Below the pieces are notes generated by a model. It was not told the DNA's origin and did no database searches. It saw nothing but the letters and a program-made list of their open reading frames with translations. Below, in pieces: positions 1 to 13,482 of a DNA stretch of 64,000 nt (position 1 is the stretch's first letter; every line of letters begins with the position of its first letter). The translations under genes and the position numbers were made by a program. The stretch is from Asterias rubens (taxonomy: Eukaryota), in contig NC_047071.1 of NCBI RefSeq assembly GCF_902459465.1, forward strand, positions 2,108,001 to 2,172,000, given 5' to 3'.

Positions 1-104
1 TTGAATTTGAGGTCCCGAAATTACGCATCTGAAAGCACACAACTTCGTGCGACAAGGCAGTTTTTCTTCCATTATTATCTCGTTACCAATAGTGTCCAGT
101 GTCT
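1..104. mobile_element. Kolobok-like MITE family A, partial copy (right end, internally deleted)
   Basis: Matches the family A body (gcatctgaaagcacacaacttcgtg) and ends in ttaccaatagtgtccagtgtct followed by TTAA at 105-108. Confidence 0.8.
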
Positions 105-974
105 TTAAAATGGTACAAAACTGCATGGTAACCTATAGACAGTGTAAGAGAAGAAAAAACCCTAGAGCTGCTGTCAATAGTTCGTGGCAATTTACAATAT
201 TTATTCTGGTTCCCAAGTGTTTTTACAGCTTCCTCAATCCTCATGGTAACTTTCTAATGAAAAAAAAAAAAAACAATCAATAGATTTTCATTCCGTTCAT
301 TGCTATTATTGTTTTTGCTTTAAAAACAGCCTGGAGTCACCTTGTTGAAGAGCTGTCATGAAAATTACATTGCAATTATTCCCGGGTGTGATATTTGTAC
401 TGTGCATCGGGGAGACGACACCTTGGTTAAAGTTACGTAGTCTCACACTTCGCTCTGCTTAACATTATGGGCAGTTCTTCATGGTTTTTTTCAGCAAAAT
501 CTTTACAGAATTGACTTAAAGGAAAGGTGTATGTTTGGTAGGCCCCCATACTACTCTTAAAATTAATGGCAATACAAAATTTTGGTAAGAAGCCTATAAA
601 CAGCAGCTTTCTATAGAGAAATTTCAATTTGAAGTATTAAGGTTAGAATGTAAAAAGATTTCAGTGGCACTGGACAATATTATTGGTAATTACTCCACAT
701 ATTATTGGTAATAACTCAAAATAATTAGGCATAACCAGCTGGGAGCAGGGGACTGATGAAGCTCCATTTTCACCCTACTTATTTTTTTTAAGGAGGAATA
801 TTATAATCTCCAGTGACAGGTAATTGGAAAGTTGCATAAATTTTCTTAATGATTTGCACACCATGAGCGTGGTCTGGAATGCCTTTTCGGTGAATGAGTG
901 GTAGCATCGAATCACATGAGCATGCCTAGCATACAAACAGGGCATTCATGGATGGACAGTCCACCAGTGAACAG

Positions 975-1249
975 GGCCCAATTTCATTGTTTACTTGTAA
1001 GCAAATTTTCGTTCTTACTGCAGCAGAAACATTTGCTTACGTGTAATATTTCACAGGAAAACAAGAAAATTTGGCAGCCATCTTGCGCGCTCACAAGGGA
1101 TTTGTATTTTTACATCATTAAATTTTAGCAAGTAAGCACTGGAAGGCAAGCATGCCTTTTCGTGTGCTAATCGGTAAGCAGCGCTATGAAATGGAAATCA
1201 TGTAGTAAGCACATAATCGGCTGTTTACTCAGCTGCATGAAATTGGGCC
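975..1249. mobile_element. Harbinger-like MITE family C
   Basis: TIRs GGCCCAATTTCAT / ATGAAATTGGGCC, flanked by cag and caa (degenerate CWG-type 3-bp TSD). Confidence 0.75.
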
Positions 1250-1516
1250 CAAAACTTGAACCAGTTGGTCTGTTCTTACCTGTAGACTCCTTCCTCCCTG
1301 TGTCCTTTTAAAGCTATCGCCATGGTAACGCATCTTTGCACAGGCCTACCTGTGAATTGAAACACCTGCAGAGAAGATTGAATCTTGGTGAATTGCTCCG
1401 GAGAGGGAACTTTGCAAAAAGTTGATTGAAATGCATGAGTGCCCAGAACCTTGATAGTCGTCAGAATGGACTTTTAAATTATTCAAGCACCGTCACATTT
1501 TGTATCTATTTTTTAT

Positions 1517-2005
1517 AGAGTGCATTCACCATCTCAGTCCTTGGGTTTTATTAGACTGTATGGGTTTGGCCTCGGCTTGCTGAGAGTCAAATCTGATGGG
1601 CCTAATTGTCATTGAGCTGATTGAGCACCATATTTAGCTTAGCAGTTTTCTTCTAAGCACAATTATGCTTGTTTTAAACGGTTACAAGTGGAGTTAAAGA
1701 GTGCACTCACCGTCATCAGTCCTCTAGGGTATTAATACTGTATGGGTTTGGCCTTGGCTTACTGAGAGTCGCATGGGGCCCAACTTACATTGAGCGTGCT
1801 GGAGCACAACAAATAATTGGTTAACATTTGTCTGCTAAGCATTAGGCCTATGCTTGTTAACAGTTACAAAATGAGTTATATTCACCATCAGTTCTAGGAT
1901 GACCATTAGACTGTCATGGGTTTGGCCTCGGCATGCTGAGAGTCACATCTGGGCAAAATTTTATAGTGCTGCTTCAGCACAGTATTGCTTCAGCACAGTA
2001 TTGCT
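1517..2005. repeat. Degenerate tandem repeat, ~3 units of ~175-180 bp
   Basis: The anchor ctgtatgggtttggcc..gctgagagtc recurs at ~1556, 1738 and 1911. Each unit carries a decayed family C left end. Confidence 0.8.
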
Positions 2006-3295
2006 TTAAACAAAAATTCTGCTTAAATTAAAAAACTAAAACAAGTACTGTAATACTGAAAACTGAATGTTTATTCAACTCTCATTTTAGACAATTTTCT
2101 CTTAGTTCAACCCCAAATCGCTTAAAATATGTACCCAATCAGTTTCCCTTGCGGTTTATATCAAACTCTTTTACATTATGATTTGAAAACGAGGACATCA
2201 TCTTTGAAGATGCCATTTGTGGAGCCTGTCGTGATAAGAGTGATTGAGGTAAAAGTACACACACAATGACGCAATTATATCTTGTTTTGACATCCTGACA
2301 CAGCATACAATGCACCTGTTTTGATTGTTTAATGACGTAGGACCGTCATCCGAGCATTGTTGTCAGCGATCCAGTCAGTTGCTCCTACTGCGCTGTTTTC
2401 ATAAAAATGAAAAATTGCCAATCAGCAGTTAATAGTCCATAGTCATTTATCATTCATATTGTCAGTAAAGCTTGGAACTATTGCCTATTTTGTCAACTTC
2501 AATGAGACTTTGAAGCGACAGACACATCATATTTCCTGTTCCTAGGGAAACGCTGTCATTTGATACTTATTTCACCAGCTTAAACATGGAATATTCAGCT
2601 CGCCCAGGATATAGCAATCAATGACCCATGGTGTCTGGGCAGATCTATGATGTCTGATAGTCTTTATTATTGGCCCAATCGAATTCACGCAGGACTGCAC
2701 TATATCGGATGCCAGTGACAGAATCTTAGACTTTGTGGCCATCAGGTTTGCAATCTGTAGGCCTACATTTTGTCGCAGCAGAAGGATGCATTGCAAGCAT
2801 TATTGCAACTTCCATCAGGTTTTGCTATCAGTAGGCCTACGGATGAATTGAAAGCAATATTACAACTTCCATCATACATTCAAAGACATATTTTTGTATC
2901 CCTATCTTGTATCCCTTTTGTCCTATGTTCCATTGGAATCTAACCATAAACTTAAGCCCTCCAATAAATCTATGACAAAACCTTGGAAAAACACAGAGTC
3001 AACTGTTGAAGGGTCACAACATTTTGTGTGTGTATCCATTCAAAATTCCGTAAAGAAACCCATGTTAAAAAATGGCCGCAATTCAAATTTCAGATCTTGA
3101 ATATCACACATATGTAATTACCAGATCTCAAAAGATATCATGTGAAAGGTTATGAAAATTAATTGATTGTAACTGGACACTTTTGTTTGACCCCAGCTGA
3201 GGCAGAGTCGGAATCTACAAGTACGGACATCTTCATGAAGCAGCAAATTGAAAATGTCTAATGGCTTGTTTTATAATTGATTCAATTTGGCTTAT

Positions 3296-3632
3296 AGGCA
3301 CTGGACACTATTGGTAATTACTCAAGATGATTGTTATCTTAAAAACTTACTTGGTATTAACGAGTAATGACGAGATAGTGATAGTATAAAACATTGTGAG
3401 AAAGAGATAATTTTCACTAAAATATTAGAATATCACCCCAAATTTTAAGCCCTGCAACAAATCTATGGAAAAAAGCCTGCATTCAAAAACCTGGAACAAC
3501 ACAGAGTCAACTGTTGAATTTAACTTTAGATGCATGTGGGAAGCAAACAAATTTGTGCAACAAGGGTGGTATGTCTTTAATTCTCTTGCAACTTCAATGA
3601 CCAATTGAGTCCAAATTTTCACAGATTTGTTA
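3296..3632. mobile_element. Kolobok-like MITE family A, degenerate, centre replaced by local sequence
   Basis: Starts aggcactggacactattggtaattactc. The family A body resumes at ~3550 (caaatttgtgcaacaagggtg...gaccaattgagtccaaattttcacag). Confidence 0.7.
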
Positions 3633-4289
3633 TTCTGATTTAATATGAATAATATTGTATCTTTAAAGTGTTGTCAAGACTCAAGATGCATCATGCATAG
3701 AATGTCCACCATAGTTTTTTTATTATACATACCAGGCCATGCTGTTGAACCTAAGGTCATGCGAGCAATTAAAACTTGGGCATTGTATCTGCATGTAGGC
3801 CTACTACCAAACGATTAGCACGCATGTTTTTTACGTACGCTAGTGGCATGACAAGTAGTTATTGATTTCAATCTCCGAGTCAATTTTCTGAAGCACCGTG
3901 TCAGGGTTCTCGCCAGGACATCTTCAAAACTGTGAAGGAATAATGGACTCAAATTTCTGAAGTTTCTGAAGCCTAAGCACGCTGAATTCAAATGAGGTGC
4001 CAGAATGTTTTAACACAGGCCCTGGGTATTCAGAGTCACAAGAAAATTAGTGAAAACAAATCTTGTGAATTGTTTTTTCACCTTTTCCCATTGGTTTTCT
4101 CCCAAGATTTTTACTTTGTTTGTCCAAAACTGAAGCATTATCAAGCAAAAACATTTCAATGAAAGCTTTCCCACAATGACTACAAAATACTATGTGGAAA
4201 TCATTTATAATTTACTAATATTACCACATGTAGCACCCTTTAATGACAAAGAGAAATGCATTTTAAAATTAAATCAAAAATGGACTGTA

Positions 4290-4775
4290 AGGATTTTAAT
4301 TTGATTAAAAAACGGAAGAAGGTACACACGTGTACATGTACTTTCCTCTAGAAAGGAAAACTTGAAGCTTTTGATTTCCAACCATTGAGGGGGCTTGCAC
4401 AACATGAATGTGTCGTATCAATGACCCTTTAATTTTGATCAAAATGTCTGTACAAAAGTAGTTACAAAAAAATGATTTTAATTTGATTAAAAACCCAGAG
4501 TAATTTCCTTCAAAAAAGCAAATTTTGAACCTTTTGATGTCTCCCCATTCAGCGCAGGCCTGTACAACATGAATGTCTCGTATCAATGACCCTTTCAGTC
4601 AAAGAGTACAAACAAGTGTAGTAAAAAAAGGATTTTAATTTGATTGAAAACCGGATGGTCCTTTAAAAAAGCAAAACAAACCTTTTTATTTGTCCCTATT
4701 CAGCAGGCCTGTACAGCATGAATGTGTCGTATCAATGACCCTTTTGATCAAAGAGTACCTAGAGTGTAGTCAGGA
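4290..4775. repeat. Tandem repeat, 3 units of ~150-165 bp
   Basis: catgaatgtgtcgtatcaatgaccc at ~4403, 4568 and 4717; gattttaatttgatt also recurs. Confidence 0.85.
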
Positions 4776-6349
4776 AAACTGCATCATGATCCGCAAACAA
4801 ACCCAAGAATGTCCATGATTAATTACTTCTATTTTGCGCATCGTAAAGTGAAAGATTGCATTGACGAATTTGGAAGCATCACAGTGTACGCAAGTGCATT
4901 GATCAAAGTCCTTTCGGATCTGACATGTCTGAAGGGATCTGGAATGTTGTTTTCCTGCTTCAACAATTCAGTATTTTTGGTCATAGGTTTGATATTTGTT
5001 TGCGGGGCAAATACATAATGGATTAAATTCCTGCTACATGAAGTATTGCATTATTGGATATTTACATGTAGGAACACAGCCTTAGAAATGGTTATTTTAC
5101 ATTGAGTAAAACACACTTCCCTTTGATTTAAAAATCATTTTTAATTTGGTAACGTCAGCATCAAGAGATGTTGTTTTCCATAAATGAGATCAACAATACT
5201 GATTTACTGGACACAAATTTTTTTTTAAAAATTGAGACATCAAGACAAAACACAGAGGGGATATTTTTCAGTGTGTACAATTTCTCCCGAACTGGTGAAA
5301 CTAGGCAAAATAATACAGAAATTTTTTGACAGAAACATACAACCTCAAAATTTAAGTGTACCAAATTAAAATACTGAAAAACATTGTACAAATATCAAAA
5401 TACTCAATTTATATCCTTAAAATGTAATTTTTTTAATCTGACGTCTAGAATCTTTTCCGTAATTTTCTCAGCACTGCGTGTAGATGGGCAGACCTGCCAA
5501 CCAGTACAATTTTGTCGTAATTCTTACGATTTTTCAATGAAAATACAAAAATTACTATTTTTCTCTATAAAGTACAGTTTTCTAAAAATCTAATTAGCCA
5601 ATTCTAATAAAGATTATCATTGTTTCTTTCCTTTGTCTCTCTTGCATGCGATCTAATTCCATATGTGTATGTGCGTTCCATGGAGATTAAGCCTGTAAAG
5701 AGTGGGAGATGTTCAGATGACATTTGCAGAAGTAATTCCTGCATTGAAAAGGGTCTTCACTATATCGTTCATGTCTTATGCAGTGACCATCAGAGCCCCC
5801 CATCATGCAGGGAAGTCACGTACAAGACCGGACCATCTCACGGTTGGACGGTCAGTTGGCCACCGTCCAATCCCATGCATTAATCCGATAGTTTCTACTT
5901 GATATATTTTCTTATAGATGCCGCAGTAATTTCTCCCGTGTTCCGCGCCATTGGAGGCACACTGCCGACTGGGCAATAAACGATCGACTCGCAGCAACAA
6001 ACGACATAATGTGATGTTAGTTGCAATATGAGTCAAAACAGTCAGTCGATGATGTTGGTGAGTATAACTTCAAGGGTATTGCACAAAATTGTTTACTACA
6101 TTAATTTTTTCAGTATGTATAGTTTAAATTTTGTTTACATCATTGAACAAGAGACACAACTTCCATACTTTTAAAAAGCTGACTGATGATAAATGAATTT
6201 AGGGTCTTCACGGTGTACACTGTACATAGTGTACACTGTACATCATAATCCATGTACATCTTTCATCATGTACTTTTAAATGTTTTACTCAAATTCGATG
6301 GTCCCATTTTCAAGAAAAAATTGCAAATTGGGTAAACAATTCTTATATT

Positions 6350-6425
6350 TTCTCTACTTTCCTAAGTTTTGTTTGAAAAATCCACAGGCAAATGACTCAG
6401 GTGGGATTCGAACTCGTGCCTTTTA
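6350..6425 (-). mobile_element. tRNA-derived SINE family S1, fragment
   Basis: Reverse complement resembles the B-box head (gagttcgaatcccacctgagtc) and body of the 54841 copy. Confidence 0.55.
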
Positions 6426-6641
6426 GGGTATATTTTCACACAGATGTTGTGCTTATTTTGATGTTGCAAAAAATAAATAAAATAAAATGAGAGTTGCATC
6501 CCAATGATTCCCCCACATAAATTTTGGATTTAAATAATTAATTTGACTTTGGTTTCCCATGAGAGACAAATGGAGTGCTTACATGCAGGGATTGTTTTGT
6601 CTTGACAGTTGACACATAAGTGTGAATCCGTTAATTATGCC

Positions 6642-6712
6642 ATTTGAATGGGAACATCAACTCTTTGAATGGGAACATCAACTCTTTGAATGGGAACATC
6701 AACTCTTTGAAT
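6642..6712. repeat. 21-bp minisatellite x3
   Basis: (tttgaatgggaacatcaactc) repeated three times, followed by tttgaatg. Confidence 0.95.
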
Positions 6713-7339
6713 GTGCCGTTTTATCAGTAACAAAGAGCCGCAACGGAATTGCATTCATGTGAAGACTGGAGTGGCATGATAAAGTGTGATAATAAACCCC
6801 AATAAGTGGAAGTGATGTTATCCGATGGAGCATTCAGAATCAGCCGTCAAAACTGAAGTGTAATTTAGGATTGCCTCAGCTGATAACAAATGTACCGTGT
6901 TTGCCTTAAAACTGCAAATAATGACGTACATTAGTTTAGGTGTAGATCAGTACGCAGGCAGGATATTCTTCAAACTTTAGTCTGATTTTTTCCACTTTTT
7001 TGTGTTTTGCCCAAGGAAAAATTTTAACAATTTTGATAAGCCTAAAAAGTTTGAGAGCCTAAGAAGTAGGTCAGCTAGTCCTTGTAACCAATCAAATATT
7101 CCTACTTTTTTTTCTGAAGTCCAAATTAATATCAAGCCTGACAGGAAGAGTTTGTACACAAAAAGTGTTATTTCTCTGTAGTACTTTCATTATTAAAATT
7201 GCTTAATTTTAAATCTTAAGGACATTTTCCCCTTTTTGTTGTGACAGCCGAACAAAATTAAACATGGTTTCTTGGCAAGAGGAGTTAACATTGAAACCAC
7301 ATCCAACTCTCTATTTCATATTAATTTGCTTATTAATAA

Positions 7340-7950
7340 CATACATGTACCAATCCAAAGCCCATTACTTTGAAATAATAGAAGTTGTTAAAAAAAAATG
7401 CCATATAAATCATCTATGGCATGGAGTAAACATTGAAAACACCTCCATCTTTCTGTTGCATATTAGTTTACTGATATATCTTATAAATAGTACCAATCCA
7501 AAGCCCATTTCTCTGAAATTGTCTCTTAGAAGTGGTTGACAAAATGCTGCTATAAATCATCTACATGTACATGTGTTAAAAAGTGCCGTTCAGTTTTAGT
7601 TTCCACCGTTCAGTTTTAGTTTCCGCAGATTTATACTTATCAGATGACTGCTTGTAATTAGCACCAATCCAAAGCCCATTTCTCTGAAATAGTTGTTTAG
7701 AAGTGGTTGACAAAATGGCCCTTAAAGTCATCTATGTGTTAAAAGCCATTCAGCTTTAGTTTCTGCGGATATAAGTGTATCCGACTCTTATCTGGTGACT
7801 GCTTGTAAATAGTACCAATCCAAAGCCCCTTATCCTGAAATAGTCTTGAGAAGTGGTTGACAAAGTGTCCCTATAAATCATCTATATGTGTTAAAAGTGC
7901 CGTTCAGTTTGAGTGTCCGCGGATTTAAGTGTATCATCGGACGACTGCAA
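7340..7950. repeat. Tandem repeat, 4 units of ~143-171 bp
   Basis: ccaatccaaagccc at ~7350, 7493, 7664 and 7815; agaagtggttgacaaa and aatcatctat recur in register. Confidence 0.85.
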
Positions 7951-8433
7951 AAGAAAAGGTCCTTTTGCATTCCCAGAGCGGAAACTCTAGATGAGAGATC
8001 CGTATCCACCGTCCAGCCAGTGTATTGACCAATCATCAACCTACAAATGTCAGCGGTGATTTGACACCTCAAAAAGCGGTGTCCTCAATCCTACTCTGAG
8101 AGCTCTTTTTTTTGCTCAGCTAAACTACAAAGTCCACACACTCTCCGCTCCCACCGTCTTCTAAGACATCCTCTGTCTTCTGAGTAGAATAAGAAAGAGA
8201 CCCTGATTGTCCTGCCCTTTTCTTTCTCACTCTCAGTCCTTTGCACATTGGACTGGCAAATTTACACAGGTGTACAGTTACACTTCAGCGATTCTTTTTC
8301 TGCTATTGACTGATTGGTAGATTTGGTTGTTGGACATACGACTCCCATTTGGAATAGTGAACGTTTGGGTTCTGTGTTAGGGATGAGATCAGATAGTATC
8401 CCAATGCACAGTCCTGTTACTTGTTCTAGTTAA

Positions 8434-8772
8434 ATGCACTCATATTCAAAGACCAGTATTCTCACTTGGCGTAACCCAACATATGCATCAAATAACAACC
8501 CTGTGAAATTTTTGGCTCAATTGGTCATCATCGAAGTTGCAAGAGAATAATGAAAGAAAAAAAAACCCTTTTTTGCCATGTGTGCTTTTAGATGCATATA
8601 AACAAAGACTGAAGCCTTTGATATTTGAGTAAGAAATTACTACAGGTCTCAAAAACTATGTTACTTCAGAGGGAGCTGTTTCTGACAATGTTATCAACAG
8701 CTCTCTATTGCTTGATAAGTTGTTATGCTGACAACAGTTATTTTGAGTAATCACCCATAGTGTCCAGTGCCT
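8434..8772. mobile_element. Kolobok-like MITE family A, near full length, reverse orientation
   Basis: TTAA at 8430-8433 and 8773-8776; right TIR ...catagtgtccagtgcct; family A body. Confidence 0.85.
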
Positions 8773-10461
8773 TTAAGATCTATTAGCATATTTTGAGAAA
8801 AAATGTTTAAATGGTTTGAGAGGCCAAGTGGAATTTCTCAGGAATGCACATTTACAACCTCTAAAAAACTGTCTGTGTACTTAGCGTTGGATATCAGTCG
8901 CCTCTCCTCTAGTCATGAATCATGTAACTGTGCCAAAGAACTCCAGGGTTGTGAGCAGGAACCAGGACTATTGCACTATTACTGTATTTAAGTATGTCAT
9001 TCGAGCCAAGCATTTGTAGTTTAGGCCTGTGATTGATGCAATGCATAAAAATGGACAGTACTTTTTTCACCTTTCGCCAGTATAGCTAGGGTATTTTCTT
9101 TAGGAGGGATGCTGTAGGAAGCTTAAAAGCCCAACAACATTTTTTTCAGTTATATGAAGCTTCCCCCTGTGTTGAGTAAGAATCAAGTGTCGAAAGGCAA
9201 GCTTTAAAAAACGTTTGATGCATTTATAAACAGTTTTTTATAGAAATTGAAAGTGGGAGGCGAAAAACTAAAGCAAAACTAAAGCCCTAATAAAGGGTGT
9301 GAGAAGAAAGGAGACTGTGTGCCTAGGCACTGTTCTGTCCAATTAGTCAGTGAGTGACAAGGTGGAACATGTGACCCAGTAGCGCCTTTGACCATCATAC
9401 CACAAAAAAAATTTCAACAAATAACCTGCTCCTCAAAAAATAAAGAGTTGCATTTTTAAAAGGCAGACAGGACATCTCATTCACCATACGGGTCAAGCCA
9501 TGCCAGTATACGACACCCAGGCACATACATGTACATCATCAGCTGAGAAGCCAGACCAGAGGAAATTTTGTCTTTATAAACGTGAAACAGATGAGTCTAG
9601 ATAAAGAAAGAAGAGAAAGAAACTTAAAAAGAAGACCAAGAAACTTAAAAACCTGCTATCAGAGGAAGTTTGTGCCACTTTCACCACCTCTCTATTTGCC
9701 TCAACATTCACCAGCAATAACACAGGTGATGAGATGCTTATCTCTCCTAGGACCAACTCATTTATCTTCCCCTACCACACCAACTATTGCAATAAACCCA
9801 GCACCAAGTGATTTGACAAAGTGCCTCGCAGCACAAAACAAACAACATTTGCAACTCGCCTTCTCTATAGGACTGCAGCAATGCTTTGAGGAGAGTCGCC
9901 CATCCAAGATCCATTATTTACCCACTTATTCACATTCCACATTTTCTATCTATATGTCATTTTCCAATGATTAATCCATTACCAATTCGTAATTATCAAA
10001 TAAAATGTCAAGATTTGTTTTCTTCAAAACATCTCAGAATTAAAAAGCATAAAATGAAACAAGCTGAAACCTTGTATTGATAATTTTTCGATATATGTGG
10101 CTGATTCTGATCATAGAAAAAGCTTGCCCAAAATCACTTAGGCAGGGTCCAAGCCGTCCAACAACTACATAAAGACTAACAGATTTGAGGATTCCTTTCT
10201 GCCTATAGTGCAATTAAGCTTTTAAAAATAGTACATGTAGATGGTCGAGATAACTTGGTTTACTTCTATATTTTGTACTTTTTACACAATAATTTATATT
10301 TGTATATTTATGTAAATTGTAATTGGTATTCTTGTTGACTGTTGTTGATATGCCTCTCTTGTATGTATTCTCCTTTACACAGGGAAGACAAATTTGATGT
10401 TTTTTATATCTTGACAATAGTAAGTATTTGTAGTCTTTAATCTTTTGAAAATCTGATGTCT

Positions 10462-10812
10462 TTGTGCATTGTGTTGCAAAAGAAGTAGGCCCATTTTTAT
10501 GTTGCTGCTCACCTTGGCATTATGCGCTTATAACGCCCAATCAAGCATGTAATTCTTCTGGCTTCAAAGTGGATTTCCATGTTATAAGCACAGCTCTGAA
10601 ATTTCCTCTTTCAGTGGGCAAGTTCATTTTCATTTTCATTTTTGCATTGTGTTTAAAAGAAGTAGCACCATTTTTATGGCGCTGCTTTCTGCGCTATAGC
10701 ACCCTATCAAGCATGTAATTCTATATGCCATAAAAGGGGATTTCCATGTTAAGCACAGCTCTGAAATTCCCTCTTGCAGCAGAGGGTTAGGTCATTTTCA
10801 TGTTCATTTTGC
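10462..10812. repeat. Tandem duplication, ~176 bp period
   Basis: tgcattgtgtt..aaagaagtag and atcaagcatgtaattct..ggatttccatgtt..aagcacagctctgaaatt each occur twice in register. Confidence 0.85.
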
Positions 10813-10933
10813 AAAGGGCACTTCAGATGGAAAATCTATGGGAAGCTTTTTAAGGAATTAAGACCAAAAGCAGGGGCGAATTAGGCCACGCCCTTCATCT
10901 AATCCAAGGCCTGCTAAAAGCACCAGCCGTTAA

Positions 10934-11443
10934 AGGCACCGAACATTATTGGTAATTACTCAAAATATTGTAAGCATAAAAACTCACTTGGTAAAGAGTA
11001 ATGGAGAGCTGTTTGATATACACAATTGTGAGAAATGGCTCCCTCTGAAGTAATGTAGTTTATGGAAAAGAGGTAATTTCTCACTCAAGTATTAAAAGAC
11101 TTCAGGCCTGAAGCCTTTTATTAGGCATCTGAAAGCACACAAATTTGTTCAAAAAGGGTGTTTTTTCTTTCATGATTCTCTTGCAACTTCAATGACCAAT
11201 TGAGTCCACATTTTCATAGGTTTGTTTTGTTTTGTTTTATGCATTATGTTGGGATACACCAAGTGAGAATACTGGTCTTTGACAATTACCAAAGGTGTCC
11301 AAGGGTCAATTTCACTAAAAACTTAGGACGAGAAATGTAGGAGATATTACAAACTTAAGGCTAGTCCTAAGTAAGGACGAGTTCCTTGTCCTTAACTCCA
11401 GATAAAAACTAGTCTTAACACTTTGTGAAATCCACCGGTGCCT
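10934..11443. mobile_element. Kolobok-like MITE family A with a nested insertion in its right TIR
   Basis: TTAA|AGGCACCGAACATTATTGGTAATT at the left end. The right TIR is split as gtgtc..[insert]..tgcct|TTAA (11444-11447). Confidence 0.85.
11303..11435. mobile_element. Harbinger-like MITE family B nested in a family A TIR
   Basis: Ends gggtcaatttcac ... gtgaaatccac, flanked by caa / cgg (decayed CAG duplication). Body shared with the copies at 15866 and 52158. Confidence 0.75.
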
Positions 11444-12226
11444 TTAAAACAGGCCCTTTAAAACAGGCCCTGGGACGAGAGTCATCACTCAATATCCTAA
11501 TTGTCTTGATATCTTGCCATACATCAAACACCAATGTGCATTAGCAAAATCAAAGCATCATTTATTACATTAAGGAGCATGCAGAGAGGCCAAGTTGCTT
11601 TTTTATCTTCATCTAATTTTGTAACATGTTAACCATCTCCCCAGACAATTGCTCGCCCCTGTGTCTGACAGTCTGTCTATGACTGACACACCTACTCTTC
11701 CAAGTATGAAGTAAATTTGTCATCATGTGGTGTATTAATGGAGTTTAACAACAGAAAACACTCAAGCCAGGAACATGAAGGTCAGTCCTAATGCATCTTT
11801 TATAATATCACATCCCACTTAGCCTCCTCAATGGTTGCTGCGCTATAATGGCCTGTTGATGTCTTCATTATTAACTCATTTATAAACATCACGTTATAAA
11901 ACTTGAAAATTGTTTTTCAGTGTGCATCTTACGATTAAAAACACAAGATAAAATTGTAAAATAGAAAGGAAGAACAATAAGATGAACAGGACAAAATATG
12001 CAGTGACATACATATTTACAACCATCCAAAAAATATTAGGGAGACGACCAAAATAACTAAAAACTACCAAAAAGCTAAAAACCAGAAGAAGTAAAGGAAA
12101 TTACTTGTAAAAAAATCCATCATAAAATAAAATGTAGCCGTTCTTCTGAGAAGAAAAGGACCCTATGAATAATTTAATGCATCATAATCATACCGATTCC
12201 TTAAAAAAAAATAAATTTACGATTAA

Positions 12227-12369
12227 AGCCCTGTTCATACTGACGTCACAAATTCGCAACAAACAATCTGCAACAGTGTTCAACTCCTATGAAACATTCG
12301 CTGCGAAAACAGCCATGGAACGTCAAACTTCGCTTCGCATTTGAATTCGCAGGAAGTACGAACCAGGCT
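12227..12369. mobile_element. Small MITE with ~15-bp imperfect TIRs (unclassified)
   Basis: agccctgttcatact ... agtacgaaccaggct, flanked by ttaa / ttag. Confidence 0.6.
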
Positions 12370-13468
12370 TTAGATTAGAGATCTGGGGATAGTATTTAAT
12401 ATTCCATTGAAAAAATCTAATTAGGGACATAGAAATGCTCTGCTTATGTTTAAATCATTGAGATTAGCTTTTCGGCCTCCCTATACATAATCTGATTTAA
12501 TACAGCCTGATTGCTCATCAAGTTAAAAGTTATTACTTCTGATGATCAATACCTGGTGATCCATACCTGCATAAGCCTACAGGACTGCAGTGATTGGTTT
12601 GACTTGTTTATGATAAAAGCAAATTAAAATGTCACCTTGAAAGGTTATTTCCTGCTGTTTTTTTTTCTAAGAAAGCTTAAACAAATCCACTTTAAGTTTT
12701 AAAGACTGCTTTTTTCACTGTCCCTTAGACAAGGTCAAGGAGATTGGAGGAGTGCAATATTGCACCTACCCCTTCTTCAAAAATGATGGTCTGAGTATTC
12801 TGAATATATTATAGAGAGATTTTTACAGAACTGTTGTTATTTAAAACATTTTGTACATATAAGTATTTCTCTGGCCCACTAGTTTAGGGCTTGAAATTTA
12901 CTCTGGACTGCTGGCCAACCAAAGGCCAGTAAATTCAGCCATGGGCCAGTTAAAGCATAACAGGACAAGTAGGTGGTCCTGTGTTTGTGTTGCAACGATG
13001 GTTTCTGTCTGATAAAACTTTTCAGTTCAGTTGAGAATTGAAAAATACTTGCCCATAATACAATCAAGATAAATCTTCTCTTAGGGCTTGTGCAAATAAG
13101 TTCATATCTTTTCTTATGACTGGTCTGCTAAAAAAAAACATCTAGTCCAGTAAACATTTGATCTTGTGGATTTCCCCCCAAAATCGAGCCTTTAAGTGCA
13201 TGGGATTTTAAGGAAATTGTTGTTAGTCTGTGTTTTTCTTTTCAATTGGATGGATGTCATGGTGATGGGATCTATTTGTGTATGCAGTTTACGTGATTGT
13301 ATACTTGTATTGTACTTGAAAAACTCGCATAGAGCGAGTTTGTCATTTTCACAACACGATGTAATTTGAATGACACCGGAGAGTAATTTTCGCTGGGGAC
13401 AAATAAACAGACTTTGGGGAATATAAAAGACCTGACAGCGGATGCCTTGACGCATTCATAGGTGTTGT

Positions 13469-13482
13469 GTTTCCATGACAAC
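13469..13482. promoter_or_regulatory. RFX X-box-like site
   Basis: GTTTCCATGACAAC, one mismatch to GTYNCY-AT-RGNAAC. Lies in a CpG-containing patch with a TATA-like aatataaaag ~45 bp upstream. Confidence 0.35.

Noticed and set aside
130-2760. Minus-strand exon-like segments (1280-1365 with good acceptor and gtaag donor; 447-500; 133-257; 2577-2755)
   Set aside because: Splice signals exist, but the phases do not join into an open frame (junctions hit stops). They may be non-coding exons or chance; no gene call made.
8885-8991. Exon-like segment reading RWISVASPLVMNHVTVPKNSRVVSRNQDYCTITVFK, superficially like V-ATPase subunit C ([23 protein letters not shown])
   Set aside because: V-ATPase C is highly conserved, this match needs gaps, no other subunit C exons are present, and splicing to 9591 gives an immediate stop. 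A tblastn search would settle it.
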